This document shows positions 36,838-48,806 of a stretch of DNA of 64,000 nt, in pieces. The stretch is from NCBI GenBank assembly GCA_010093605.1, contig MU004183.1, positions 1,302,001 through 1,366,000 on the forward strand, read 5' to 3'. The DNA comes from Lophium mytilinum (Eukaryota). A model generated the notes under the pieces. It ran no database searches, was not told the origin of the DNA, and worked only from the letters and a program-made list of their open reading frames with translations. Within the stretch, counting starts at the first letter, position 1; every line of letters starts with the position of its first letter. The position numbers and the translations under genes are program-made.

Positions 36838-39401
36838 GGGGTGGACACGACGGGATTACCATGGATTGGTATTACAGCCTCGCTGATGCTGATGGCTGGG
36901 AGTATGGTCGGGTTGAGATAGGATATATGAATCTTATAATGTGTTTTTGACAACGAGTTATGGATATGTCTAGTCGTCTTGTGGTTAGTTGACTAGCGTT
37001 GTATGTGTTCGATGTTGTGTGCCGTCGGATAAGCTCAGCGGATCTCCTTCCGGCGTCATGTGAGTTGTACAAGGTGTATCTGCGTCTACTTCGTGTCTCC
37101 CTCATGCTCTGGGCAAGTGATTTGAGCGAACCGTCATCAGTTTGCATCTCTAGGCGGAGTTTCCTATTTTGGACCGTGGGCGTTTCTTTCATTAGTCTTC
37201 CTGAGTACTATTCAGTAAAGACTGTGCCCTATCTCCTTATTCAGACCATAGAAAGCGGCCACTAATCTCGCTCAACCAGGGTCACGTGGTAGGATCGCTG
37301 GACCCAATATGTTCGGCCCAGGCCTCAACATCACTCATCACCATTCTCATCCATTTTACTGCCGACAAGCATTGCTTGTTGAGATGAAGCAGCCTTGGCA
37401 GAAGTCAGCAGTTGTCAGTTCAGCTCTCCTTGCACTCCGCCTAGCATGGAGGTGCCCTCGGCCTGCACCGGCAATGCGGAGTGCATTGGAGGTGATTGGA
37501 TGTTCGACCCCATCTGCCCAACTAGGCATCTAGAGGCCAGTGATGACCGAGCGATGCTTGCGGCATCGAACTCAGCATCGAGCATCGAGGTTGCTCAAAA
37601 GCGGAGAAGGTCCGGTCCAGGTCTTCAGCATCCCAGCTTGCAGCATCTTCATCACAAGCCGGTGGGCTGTGTGCTGTGTGGCTGCATGCCCCCTTTTGGA
37701 GACCATCCGACCGACGACAGCAGCCGGAAGGTGTGGCCGGGAAAGACTCGGCTTAAGAGGATCGGCCTCTCCCGAGATGGCGTTGCCGGCGAATTATTTG
37801 AGGCTTATTACGAGAGAGCATGCCAGTGGCGTTGTGGTGGTGGTTGGTGGGGAGAGTAGCCGAGAGTTAGCAGTGGAACCTGCCGTGGCGATGCTACAAG
37901 AAGTCTAACAGAATCGCTTTCAACGAGAAATACTTGACGACGGTAGGCACACCCACACGCCGCATTCCTAGTCATCAAACGACTAGATGGTTTGAGTAGA
38001 GAGTCAGGTGTTGAGGGGCAGTGAAAGACCGTCGAGACCCTGTAGGCGTTGCCGGCTTCCAGCGTGGCGTTCAACGGTCCGATGGGGTCCATGCATCGCT
38101 CCACTTGGAGGCGCTGCAGCAGTTTTAGTCCACCCAAAGCGGAAATCCGTCGTGCGGTGCTGACAAGGAAGATTCAGAAGGGGACCAGAGGCAGACGGGA
38201 TTACTCCGTACGGTGGCCCGCAGAAGGAAGCAAAGTTTGACGTGAAATGAAGGATGAGACTTCAGCCGGCGACGATGCTGGGAGGCGCGGACTGCGGAGC
38301 ATCACCGGGCGCGCTGCAAGGGCACAATTGCCCCGGACTGGCAGCAGGCAGAATTGCGGAGTGCGGAGGAGCCAGCTGGACGGGTGCAGGTGGCGAGGAT
38401 CGTGGCAATCCCCAGGGGCGGGAGAAGTCGGTTCTGGAGCACAGAGGTTTGGAGAGACGCGAAGGGATCGCGGGAAGAAGCACCAAATGGGGAGGGGCGC
38501 AAAGGGCTGAAGGTCAGAAGTGGAGTGGTGGTCGAGACGTCCAGGGCCGGGTAGCAAGCGCTTCGATCGTCTCTGCTGGTGTTGCAGCCGTCGGCCCAGA
38601 GCAGCAATTCATCATCGAGGACGACGCGGAAGCGGCTAGGCGCCGTAATGTGCTCTGAGGGTTGAAGAGGCACCCGCATGCGGCCCAAACACCAAGCCGA
38701 GAATGAGAGAGAGAGTGGGAGATAGCGGGAAAAAGATGAGAGAAACAATGGTAGTTGGTTTTCTGGCGGCGGCAGGTGTGGCAGCAATTCACCCGCAGGC
38801 CGGACCGGCTGCCGCATTCGGTAGTGTGCATATATCTGGGGCAGCCCTGTTTAAGTGCCCAGGTGGGTGCGGGTCTGCTGTCGCGTGTGAGCGATGATGG
38901 ACCGCCAACCGGGACCAATGGCGGGCACAGCGATAAGCTATGGCGGTGAGGGACGTCAGCCAGCGAATGGCTCTGCCCATATACAAATCCAATCCTCATG
39001 CCTCAACCCGTCCTCCCCGACTGCCATCCCCTTGCCAGCCGGTGTGCTGTCTGCTGTCCCAAGTGCGCCCACGAGTGCTGGCCGTCGTAACTTAAAGCCT
39101 TTGTGCTCCCCAAGCACTAGTTTCCACATCCGTCGCCGCCCACCGTCGCCCTCAACACCACACTCCCCTTCTCCACACCATATTTTGGACTGCGCCCCTG
39201 ATCTACGCACATCCCAAGGGCCCGTCCCAGGCGACCGCGACGACAGCGCGACGCTCGCCACTCACAGCCGCCAGACCGCACACCACCACATTCCTGGCGC
39301 GCTCTCAGAGCGACCACCACACCCTCGGCGCACCCAGGTAGGGGGTCGACAACAGAGTCAGCTGAGCCACCTCGCACACCCACGACGCACGCGCCTCCAC
39401 C

Positions 39402-39413
39402 ATGTCGGCGTAG
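39402..39413 (+). promoter_or_regulatory. 3-codon upstream ORF (M-S-A-stop) in CCACC-ATG context before the folliculin/LST7 start
   Basis: CCACC ATG TCG GCG TAG ends 22 nt before the main ATG (39436) and is out of frame with it. Confidence 0.45.
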
Positions 39414-39435
39414 ATAGCAGGACGTTGAGGAGGAA

Positions 39436-40887
39436 ATGGATTTCACGGTAAGCCGCCCACGCGCCTGGGACTGTTAAGCTTTCCCACGATGCGCACGCCA
39501 TTCCCGCTGCACCCACACCCACCCCTCCACCACGCGCCCCGCCGTCTTGGGAAACCGTGGCTGATCTCCCAAACAGATATCGCTGGCTCATTTCTGCGAG
39601 GTCCACGGCCCGACCCCGATTCTCTGCACGCAAATCTCCCCTCCCGACCCGTGCCAGACCTGCCACCACCCATGCGTGACGCCGCCTGCCGACGAGCCGC
39701 CTCGGTCCGCCTATCCATACAACGCCCTATACGATGATGGCCATGGCCCCTTAGCCAGCCGGCTCCCGCACTTGTCTTCGCCGTTCGAGACCCCGCCGAC
39801 GAGTCCGACGTCCCCCAGGAGCAGGCACAATCCCTACTTCCCCAGCGTGGCCAGCGATGCCGACTTCACGAGACGGTACTGCGGCAGTGTCGAAGACGAG
39901 AACGACTCGTGCGCAAACTGCACCTTTCTGGTCCCAAAGAACGTGGCCCAACGCCTCCCGGACGGAGCCCCTGGCAGTCCCTCGAAAGATGGGAGAGGGA
40001 AGAGCAGCAGTCCCGTGTTGCGAACCAACCAGCCAGTGCTCGCGCGGGGCCCAGCTACGCCTCAGTCAGATGAATACGGCAGCTCGCCAGACTCGTCCGA
40101 TGCCGAGCAGTCTAAGTCTTCCACGGCATCGCGCTCCAGCTTGCCGAACTCTTCCCCGTCTTCGCCATCGTATATGCCTCGCAACACCCACACCCACACC
40201 TTGACCTACTTAACAACGCACCAGCCGATGTCCGCCTCGACCTTCTCTCTCCTGAGACGGTCATGTATCCGCACCTTGTCCTGCGAGATGCTCCCCTGTG
40301 GAAAGCCCTCTGGCCCCCTCTACTTCGGTGACCCAATTGTCGGATATACCATCGCCTACATCTTCCGCCTCCCCGATCCCCGTGCACGTGGCCAGAAACG
40401 GACGTACGCACTGATCGCCCTAGGCGGACGGGACAGCTGGCGGGTCGGTAAAGCCATGGTCAAAGTAACGGCCGTCTTCGAGAGCATCGCCAACCGCATC
40501 ATCGCCATGGCCGACAAGGTCCTGGAGCGGGAATCGGCTGCGTCACCCTTCAACCAGCCGTCCGCTTTCTCTCGCCCCTCGACCTCTAGTGCTTCTACAC
40601 CGCCCCTACTCAGCACTTCGGCACAGTCCATGCCCGCCTTCCCTTCGCCACAGAAGGACAAGCTGTCGTTCTCCACCGCTAGCTCTCCCGCCACGCGCAA
40701 TATCACCCCTGTCTCGTCCTTCCTGTCGGCTAAGAAGGTTGATCCAGACGGCTACCCACGCGTCTCACGTGACGTGATGCGTGCGAAGAGCCTGGCCGAG
40801 ATTGTGGGCCGCGAAGACTTCTTCGTCGAGCTCCACGTGCGCTTCTGTACGCTTCTGTCGTCGCTCATCAAGGACTTCGGCACCTGA
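39436..40887 (+). CDS. LST7: Folliculin/Lst7 (longin-domain subunit of the Rag/Gtr GTPase GAP); exons 39436-39447, 39577-40887
   Basis: Spliced N-terminus MDFT|ISLAHFCEVHGPTPILCTQ (folliculin Zn-binding motif), CANC, RRSCIRTLSCE, GPLYFGD, FRLPDPRARGQKRTY, and RAKSLAEIVG...FFVELHVRF. Confidence 0.92.
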
Positions 40888-41781
40888 TCCCTTGTTATCC
40901 GATACACGGGTAACACCACCCTGTCTCACCAATATACGTTCCGCAACCCTGTTCGCGGTGTTCTGGAATCCCACCATTCCAGCGACTGACTCTCCTGTCC
41001 TCCACCACGTCTACAACACTGTGTGTCAGTTGTACATTTCGGGTTCGCGTCTGTCCTGTCACGGCCGTGTCTTTTTGTAATCATTGTAGCGTTCTAGCGT
41101 TTCTTTATGGCCTCGGGATACTCAACTGGTGGCAAATGACCTCCAGCTTGTCAACCAGGTTCGGATCTCAATCTCCTTGTCGTGTTCTCTAGGTGTTGGC
41201 GGCTCTCTCGATTTCGGCTTGTTCAGACCCCCTTTTCTACTTTTCTCTTTTTCTGTTTCCTGAACAACTTTTCGTGCTTTTTGAGATTCCCCACATACAC
41301 CGTACACACCCCCTACCTTATGATACCCCAGCTCGTTTCATTAGGTCCGGCCTTCTTCTTTCTTCTTTTCTTCACTTTTGCTCCCTCTTTGCTCTCTCTA
41401 GGGACGGCTCTCTGGTCTGGAACGAATGGAACTGGGACGGGATTAGATAACGGGATAACGGAAATGGGGCTGAACCACGGAAAAGCACGCCACGCGATTG
41501 GCAAGGAAACGAAACGGCGCGGGTCAAAGGAAAAAGCCGTGGACTTTCTTGTCTGCGTCTGTCTGTCCACAAGGGTTCAAATAAGGGTATGAGTAAGGCA
41601 TCAGTTTTCCACACCACGACAAAACTGTGTGTCGTGGTGGTCTGTAGATGCCACCTAGTACATACACATGTAAATGTTCTTCATTGACTCTCTCCGTTCT
41701 TGTGCTCGTGTTCGTGGTCGTGAGCCCTCCTGAGCGCCTTCATAACTCTTACACTTCTGTACACCTTACCAGTCCATCTTC

Positions 41782-44754
41782 TCATTTCCTCACCCCAAAC
41801 ACATCCCCCACCCCCCCAACCTTCCCCTCCTCAACCAGCTCCTCCAACAACGCCCTCACCTCCTCAACCCCATACGGAAACCCGCCTGGCACGACCATCT
41901 TCAGCATCATCAGCACGCGCGCCGGCGGCATATTCCCCTGATTCGTCAGCATGCCCACCACGAACTGCCGATACAGCGGCTTGTTCTGCGCCAGCTGCTC
42001 CGTCGTCGACACGACCCCAGACGGCTGGAGCTCCGCCGCCGCAGCCGCCGCGGCCGCCGCGACCACCGCCGTCGACGTCGTCGGGTTGCCCGCCGTGTCG
42101 GTGGCGGTGATGTCGGCTGCGGAGGGCTTGGGGAGGGTTTCGAGAACCGCGTAGACGTCCGGCTGCACTTCTTGTAGCACGCCCATACCGACCCAGAAGA
42201 CGAGCGCGTTGCGGACGAGCGCGTCGTCCATCTCGAGCATTTCGACGAGCTGTGGGACGGTTCGCGACTCGCCTTGGTCTTTGGAGTTGAGGGTGTGGCC
42301 GCGGCGGTTTGCGGGTGGCGGCGAGGATGGGAGGGGCTGCTGGAAGGCGTAGATGACGCTGGCCTGCCAGGTCTGCACTTCGGCTTCGACGGTGCGGTCG
42401 GTGAGGTGGAGTTCGATTTTAGTGCGGCCGAGGGAGGGCAGCCAGCGCAGCTTGCGCATGCCTTTGACGCGCTCGAAGCGCGCTTCGTATTCGCGCTGCA
42501 GCGTGGCGATGGGGGCGGGGACGTGGAAGTTGTCTTCGCGGAGAGGGGGCCAGAAGAAGGAGGAGAGGATTTGCGCGTTGAGGGTGTGATCGGCTGGTGG
42601 TTTTTTGGTGAGCGCTGCGATAGGGGTGATGGGGGCTGGGTATCGGGCTTGTGGTGCTGCTGGAGTGCGAGGCTGAGCTTGGTTGGTCGAGGGCGTGTGA
42701 GGGCTGGGTGTTATGGGTACGGGCTTTGCGGGTTCGTCAGGTTTCTTCTCCCCGTTGATCGAGGCGTTGATGCGATTAGATTCGAGTACGTCGCGGAGCA
42801 TGACTTCGCATGCTTGGAGCTTGTCGTCCCCGAGCCGGAGCTTGATGAGTTCCAGCAGGCGTGTCTCTTTTTCGTATTCCGGATCATGTCCGCGGAGGAG
42901 GTAGTCACCTAGTATTTGTTTCAGCTCGTTGATGAAGTCCTCCCGATCGTATAGCGTCAAGAGGAACCAAATCACGTCTTCGACCTTTGATTTTCTGTAG
43001 TCAGGAGACGCGTCCATCGGGTGTGGCTGCCAGTTCATGTCGCTCCAATTCAGGTCGTCGTCCTGTTCCTGGGCGAAAGATGCGATAGGTTTCTGCATCT
43101 CTGCGGCGATTTCATGTGAGATCTCACTTGTAGGGCCGAATTTGGCCGCATTCTCATCTTCCACGTCTGTGAGAAGACTGGAGATAACAATACGTGCGGT
43201 GTCCTCTCTTCCCTTTAGATATCGACGTATCGGACGCGCTGCACGTTCTAGCAGCACTCCATTAGGTTCGAGCTCGTTAAAAGCGCGAATGACATAGATG
43301 TAAACGTTGAGGATGAAGGTTGTGGTAGCACCGGCATGAAGCAACCGCCTCGAGACTTGATGCGAGAAGCTATTAGACAGGTTTACCTTTGCTCCTGGCA
43401 TCTTGAGGTATTCCTACATGTTGTCGTCAGAAATGAAAGTGAAGAGCTAGAGTTGCTGAGGCCAGACTGAGGTATAACAAGACAGGAGATAGTACCTTGA
43501 TATCCAGAATCGCGCCCAGCGACTTGTCCCAATTGATGATAAAATCAAACAGATTCTCCACCCGCGCCCTTCCCAGTCTGCCAATGGCCATATCCTGCCA
43601 TTGCTGGACATCACTCGCTTGCACTGAGTGGGGTTCATCCGCCAGAACTTCCATAACTTGCCGCACCAGAGGGCTAAATCCATCTTTGACCCACTGCCTC
43701 AGATGGTTGATGATAGGCTTTCGAGAGAACCAGTCCACCTTCATATAGTGGCTGACAATAAAGGAGCCCATGAGCTTGTCCATTGCGTGAGCGAACGCCT
43801 TCTGCGCCTGTTCTTCCCCCAGTCCAACGCTCTGTAGGCCTCGAAGTAGCTGTAGTATACTCTCTCGTAGCTTCGGAACGTCGTCCAACACATCACCCCC
43901 AACGAAGCCTAGTCCGTTGTCCACATACACCCGGAAAAGACGGCACCCTGCATTGTAAAGCACGTAGCTCAGGGTCTTCGAAAATCGTTGTGGTGGCAGA
44001 GCATGCGCGAACAGTCCATGCAGATCTCGTTGGAATTTCCAGCTGGCAAACATGTGTTGGTCCTCGGCTGTGGTATCTAGACGTATTGTACTTGAGGTCG
44101 TGTTGGCGCTTTCGTGTTCTAATATGGGGAGGATATGGCTGTTGAAGGGTTGGAGGTATAGCTGCTGGACCTGCTGCAGTATTTGCTGTGTCTCTTCAAG
44201 GGCACCCCATGCGTTCTGGCACGCGATTTCCTGTCTGTGTTAGCTGTCATTCTCTCGCCGTAGAATTTGGTGTAATGGCCTACATTGTCCCATATAGACC
44301 GCAATGCCGGATGTACGTAGCTGACGAAATGTATTCTGACTTCGTTCGTGTACCAATCTACCTGAATATCCATTAGTTCTACTCGCTTTGCTCCGTTCGG
44401 CGTACGCACCAAGCTTTCTTCCTTGCCCTCCTCGCCTTGCCCTTCGCCAACCAGGAGGTATTCCAGAGCGTCAACAACATCCTTCCCTTTATGGATGTGT
44501 ACAACTCCTGCGCCGAGGTGGCCTTCGTCGTATGGTAGTTTGGGTAGGCTCAGGAACCTGGTTGCTGTGCTCCACGCGAGGTTGCGTTTCACTTCGCGGT
44601 GTTGCCCACCTGCACTCGCCCCACCAAAGGGTCCTCCGAATGATTGCCCGGGGGCTGTAAAACCAAGCTCAGGCGTGGAAATCGGCGTAGGCGTTGTATG
44701 TGAGAGTGCTGGCACTGGGAAGACAGACGCGAATACCAGACTCTGGTGGTCCAT
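41782..44754 (-). CDS. APC2: Anaphase-promoting complex subunit 2 (cullin-like); exons 44754-44410, 44361-44284, 44230-43496, 43413-41782
   Basis: RRLLHAGATT, IRRYLKGREDT, WQPHPMDA, LELIKLRLG...CEVMLRD, ILSSFFWP, RKLRWLPSLG and a C-terminal winged-helix FVVGMLTN. Three canonical introns. Confidence 0.95.
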
Positions 44755-45119
44755 GGTGTGTAGTAGCGGCGGGGGTTTTGACGCGTCCGAGAAATGAAAT
44801 CGGGCGTAGTTATAATCCCCTGGGACTTCACGCAGAATTGTAGGAGCAGCTTCGCCTCCCTGCAGTAGGACAGAGTTGTTGGAGCATAAACATCGTTGAT
44901 CGAAGGAATAAGTTCCATAATCTACAACTACATTTGTGAAGCACCATCCAGGGCTGGATCCACGTAATCACGTGCATTAATTCATCAAGCCCCATCTAAC
45001 TCCAAAAAAGTCCCCTGACGCTGAGACACCCGACGACTCCAAAACCAACCCTAGACAATTACCTGAGTCGCCTGCTCGGTGAATAGAACAGAACCCAAAA
45101 CACCGAAATCCTAGCAACG

Positions 45120-48100
45120 CTACAAACGGCCATGCCTAGCCTTGAATATGGCGACCTTGTCATCATAAAAGAGAATTTCCCGCAACCTGAGTCTCGGCCC
45201 TTTCTTGTCATCCTGCATGAAAGAGTCGTCACCATCAGAGTCGTCGTGCATGTCTTCAGACGCGTCAGACTCGGTCTCGTCGCCGTCGCCCGCGGCTCCT
45301 AATGGACCATCCAGGTCGTCGTCGTCTTCGTCTTCCGTCTCGTCTTCTTCATCCGACATCATTGCATCATTCGTCACGTATGCGCCGCCCATGGCACCTC
45401 CAGCAGGCCCATCAGTGCTGCTGGCATTGCTCTCGTGGCGAAGATCGTAACTGGTCGACTTGTTCTCCAAGATCTCAAAACACTTGACAGATATCCCCAT
45501 ATAGCAAATCTCGATCTCTGGTCGCAAGTGAACGATATCCAGGACCTGCATCGCTAATTCTCGCGGCTCGATGTTGTTTCCGTGAGCATGGTCCGCAATG
45601 AAAGGAATATAAAGCGAGCGAACATGGGGAATGTACGGTAGTCGCTGAAGGAAGAAATGCTGGAACTAGTTAGTACCTCGTTTGTTAAAGGGTGTATCAT
45701 TGTCACTTACCCAGTCTCTATAATCTATAGATACGGCTAACTCTCTTAAGCCGCTCATTCGACCACTTGTAATGAATGTTATAATTTCGCGATTTAGCAT
45801 CCATCTTCTCCATCTTGAACTTGAAGTTGTGTGTCCGTCTGGGCCTCTCTCGCTACTGTCTATCATCAATTTTTTGAGACTTCCTCGGTGCCTTTTCAAT
45901 GCTCCTCGGTAGATGGTATCAACCGTGACTGTCGACGAATACGATCGGCCTTCTTGGAGGAATAGAACTTCCAAGCTGTTTGGGGCGAGAGTTTCCTTTA
46001 GAAAGGTAATCAAGGAAGGCGACACTGCATTCGTGTGTATCTTTTTCAGATTCAAAGCGTAATCCGAGCGGCCAGAGTATGAAGACTTATAGGCCTTTGA
46101 GGGGCTTGAGTAGCTGGATCCTGAAACCGTCTGGGATGCTCGAGGAGAGTAGGTGCGCCGCAGAGACTTCCACAACTGCTCATGGTTATGGCAGTGCAAC
46201 AACGTCAATGTTGTGAGCAAAGACCAGTCAAAAGCTTTTAGCAAGACCGTCACGGAGAGAGGAACACGCTCAAGCTCAAGAGTATCCAATCGTAACTTGC
46301 CGTTGAGAAGGGGCCCATGAGTATCTTCGAGACTCAAAATCGTCGAGCTGTCGGCAGCTGTAGTAGGATCCGGACCTGAGATAGTTGGCTCTACTACATT
46401 GCTAGACGGTTGTGTTTCCGTTGCGACTGCAGTAGGTCCACTGACCGCATCCTCGGACATGCCGTTGGCTGAAAACATGTCTTGTTCCTCGATTGGTGGC
46501 GATATGGAACCATTGCCGACCAGGCTAACACCCTCCTGAACAGATGGCTCTTCAAGCGCGCCATCCCCATGTTCAGATTCTAGCTCCGCATCTCGCTCTA
46601 GTCCAGCATTTTGCTCGTTCAGAGGAGCGTTGGACTCGCTGGATGTCTTGGCAGGCTCTCTAATTGTTATTGGACGCTCTGTAGACTCGTGCGGTTTCAC
46701 GGCTTTGGCCACTGTTTCGTCGTTGTGTCGCATGTTGTAGACCCGTCCGACCAAAGTACCAAGCACCCCTCCTAGGCGTTTCTCACTGATGGAGCTGGCT
46801 GCAGTCCATGTTGTGCTGTAATCCACCTGTTGTATGCCGTCGCCATCCCAAGCCGTTACCCAGTCTCGTTGTTGAGCGTGACGCGCGATGCCGATCCGTA
46901 GCTCTCGTAGACCCCTCTGTGATCGAGCGATCAATATCGCCATTTCATCGAGATACGGGAGCTCGTCAATGTCCAATACGCTCAAACTCTTGAGCGGAGG
47001 GATAACGGAGAAAGTAGGATTCTCGACCCTGTCGATTGCAGCAGCCGAGGAAGAGGGATAATGAACGGGAACGACAATAGGAGCCTGTGTTGCGCCCGCC
47101 CCACTAGGGTGAGCCGTATTCGGCGGTGGTGGTACGTTGTTGAGCATCATAGGCGGGGGCGGTACAGGGCTCGGGGAGTCGCCTGTGTTGTCATGCCATC
47201 GTATCCATAATCGTTCGAGACGGCAATCTTCGCCATCTGTTCGGTCAGCCAAGGAAGACAGTGCGAGCCACACATCCCGCAAAACACCAGTAGGCATATC
47301 CCACACAAAGGTCTCGAGATTCTTCATGCGAGCGACAGCAAGAGCCACAAGCGTGCCAAGCATTTTCCCGCCTTCTTTGGCAATCATATACTCCTGCACC
47401 CAAGCTTGTGGCCCATTTCCCAGGGAGAACTTTTTGGTAAATTGAGCGTAGTAGTTTCCGCGACGGCGCTTGGTAAGCGGGAAGGGGGTCTGTCGCGCGC
47501 TGTTGGAGACCTGACTAGTCGACACGTGAGAACCGCAGTTTTGGCAATTGTTTTGCTGTGGCGCTTCTCCAAATATCTCTTCGGCCATAACGAGGGTCGC
47601 TAGTCCGTATGTGAGGGCATCGACGCCGGTTCTAGGCTCTGTTTGTGTACTCTCATCTGGCCAAACAATGTCGAATCTCGAGTAAATGCAGGGTATCGTG
47701 AGGCTGTGAAGGGCGGAATGACAAAGCGCAAGCGATGTCAAGTCGTTGGTATGTGGGAGCTAGATATAGTTTCGTCAGCGTTCAGACAAAGTCACAATGC
47801 GCCAACGGATATTTACCTGGTGAATGATCTCCTTGAGGATGTCGACTGGAAGATCCAGTAGCCGCAACGGACCCTTCCGTGCAACATCTGTGACTTCTCT
47901 CTCTTTACCTTTCAGCAGCGTTGACAACGTTTGCTTCGCGAAATAGTTGTCAACGTGTGGAAGGTCCCTCAAGGGCGCATCGGAGGTTGTGCATTGTTCG
48001 AGCTCATCTTCGGCGTCCTTCGGGGACAGTCGCACGTCTTCCGGGGATGGCGGAGTAGAGCTAGCTAGATCTTCATCGTAGGCCACGGGTGTGTTTGCGC

Positions 48101-48152
48101 CGCTTGACCTGGAGGATCTCGGAGTGCTGGGTGGAGATGTTTCGGATTCCAT
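45120..48152 (-). CDS. F-box domain protein; exons 48152-47817, 47759-45711, 45659-45120
   Basis: F-box LRLLDLPVDILKEIIHQ|LPHTNDLTSLALCHSALHSLTIPCIY spans intron 1. LRR-like C-terminal repeats and acidic tail ending KVAIFKARHGRL. Confidence 0.87.
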
Positions 48153-48806
48153 GTTGAATCAACGACTTGAACTCCTCGCAGTTGGCGGGAACGCAGGAAC
48201 CACCCTCATGGGGAGCGCAAAGAAGCAGGCCACGGCGAGGAATAAAGATGTGGCTCTGAGCGCTTGTAGTGTAGGTGTCGTGTTGAGCTTGAGTTGGTTG
48301 GTAGGTCGCGTAGAGGGTTGGACGTCGTCCGGCGGAGATTCCCGCTGCCCCAAAAATACACAGCACCACTGCGATCTGATTGGTCCAATATATTGTCCTC
48401 TTTTCTTACATTGGCACGTGGGGTACCAGCCACTTCTGGGATCGCTGGCCTGCTAAGGCTGAAATTCTGGGGCTTATTGTCCATCATTTCGATTCGTAGG
48501 CTTGTAGATGTGCTGTCTCTCACCAGCTACTGTGGTTTGCTCTTTTCACTACTCAATCAACGTTATCGTCAACGTCACATCGAATCAAATGAATAACCTG
48601 AGAAGCCAATCAATTAGGTAGCGGACGCTCTCTCATGTCCATATGAGCTACCCTTCTAGGCTCATAACTTGCGTTAGCAAATTCAAAATGCAACGCCACC
48701 GCTGGAAACCTTTCCGTGTATCTATCGCCTTTCCTGACGCCCAAAGAAGTCCGTACGAGAAGTACAACAGCAAATCCGCAACCCGTGCTAGCAGCATGCG
48801 CCCAGA

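Noticed and set aside
37300..39400. Many short overlapping ORFs upstream of folliculin/LST7
   Set aside because: GC-rich intergenic or leader DNA with no coherent exon structure or motifs.
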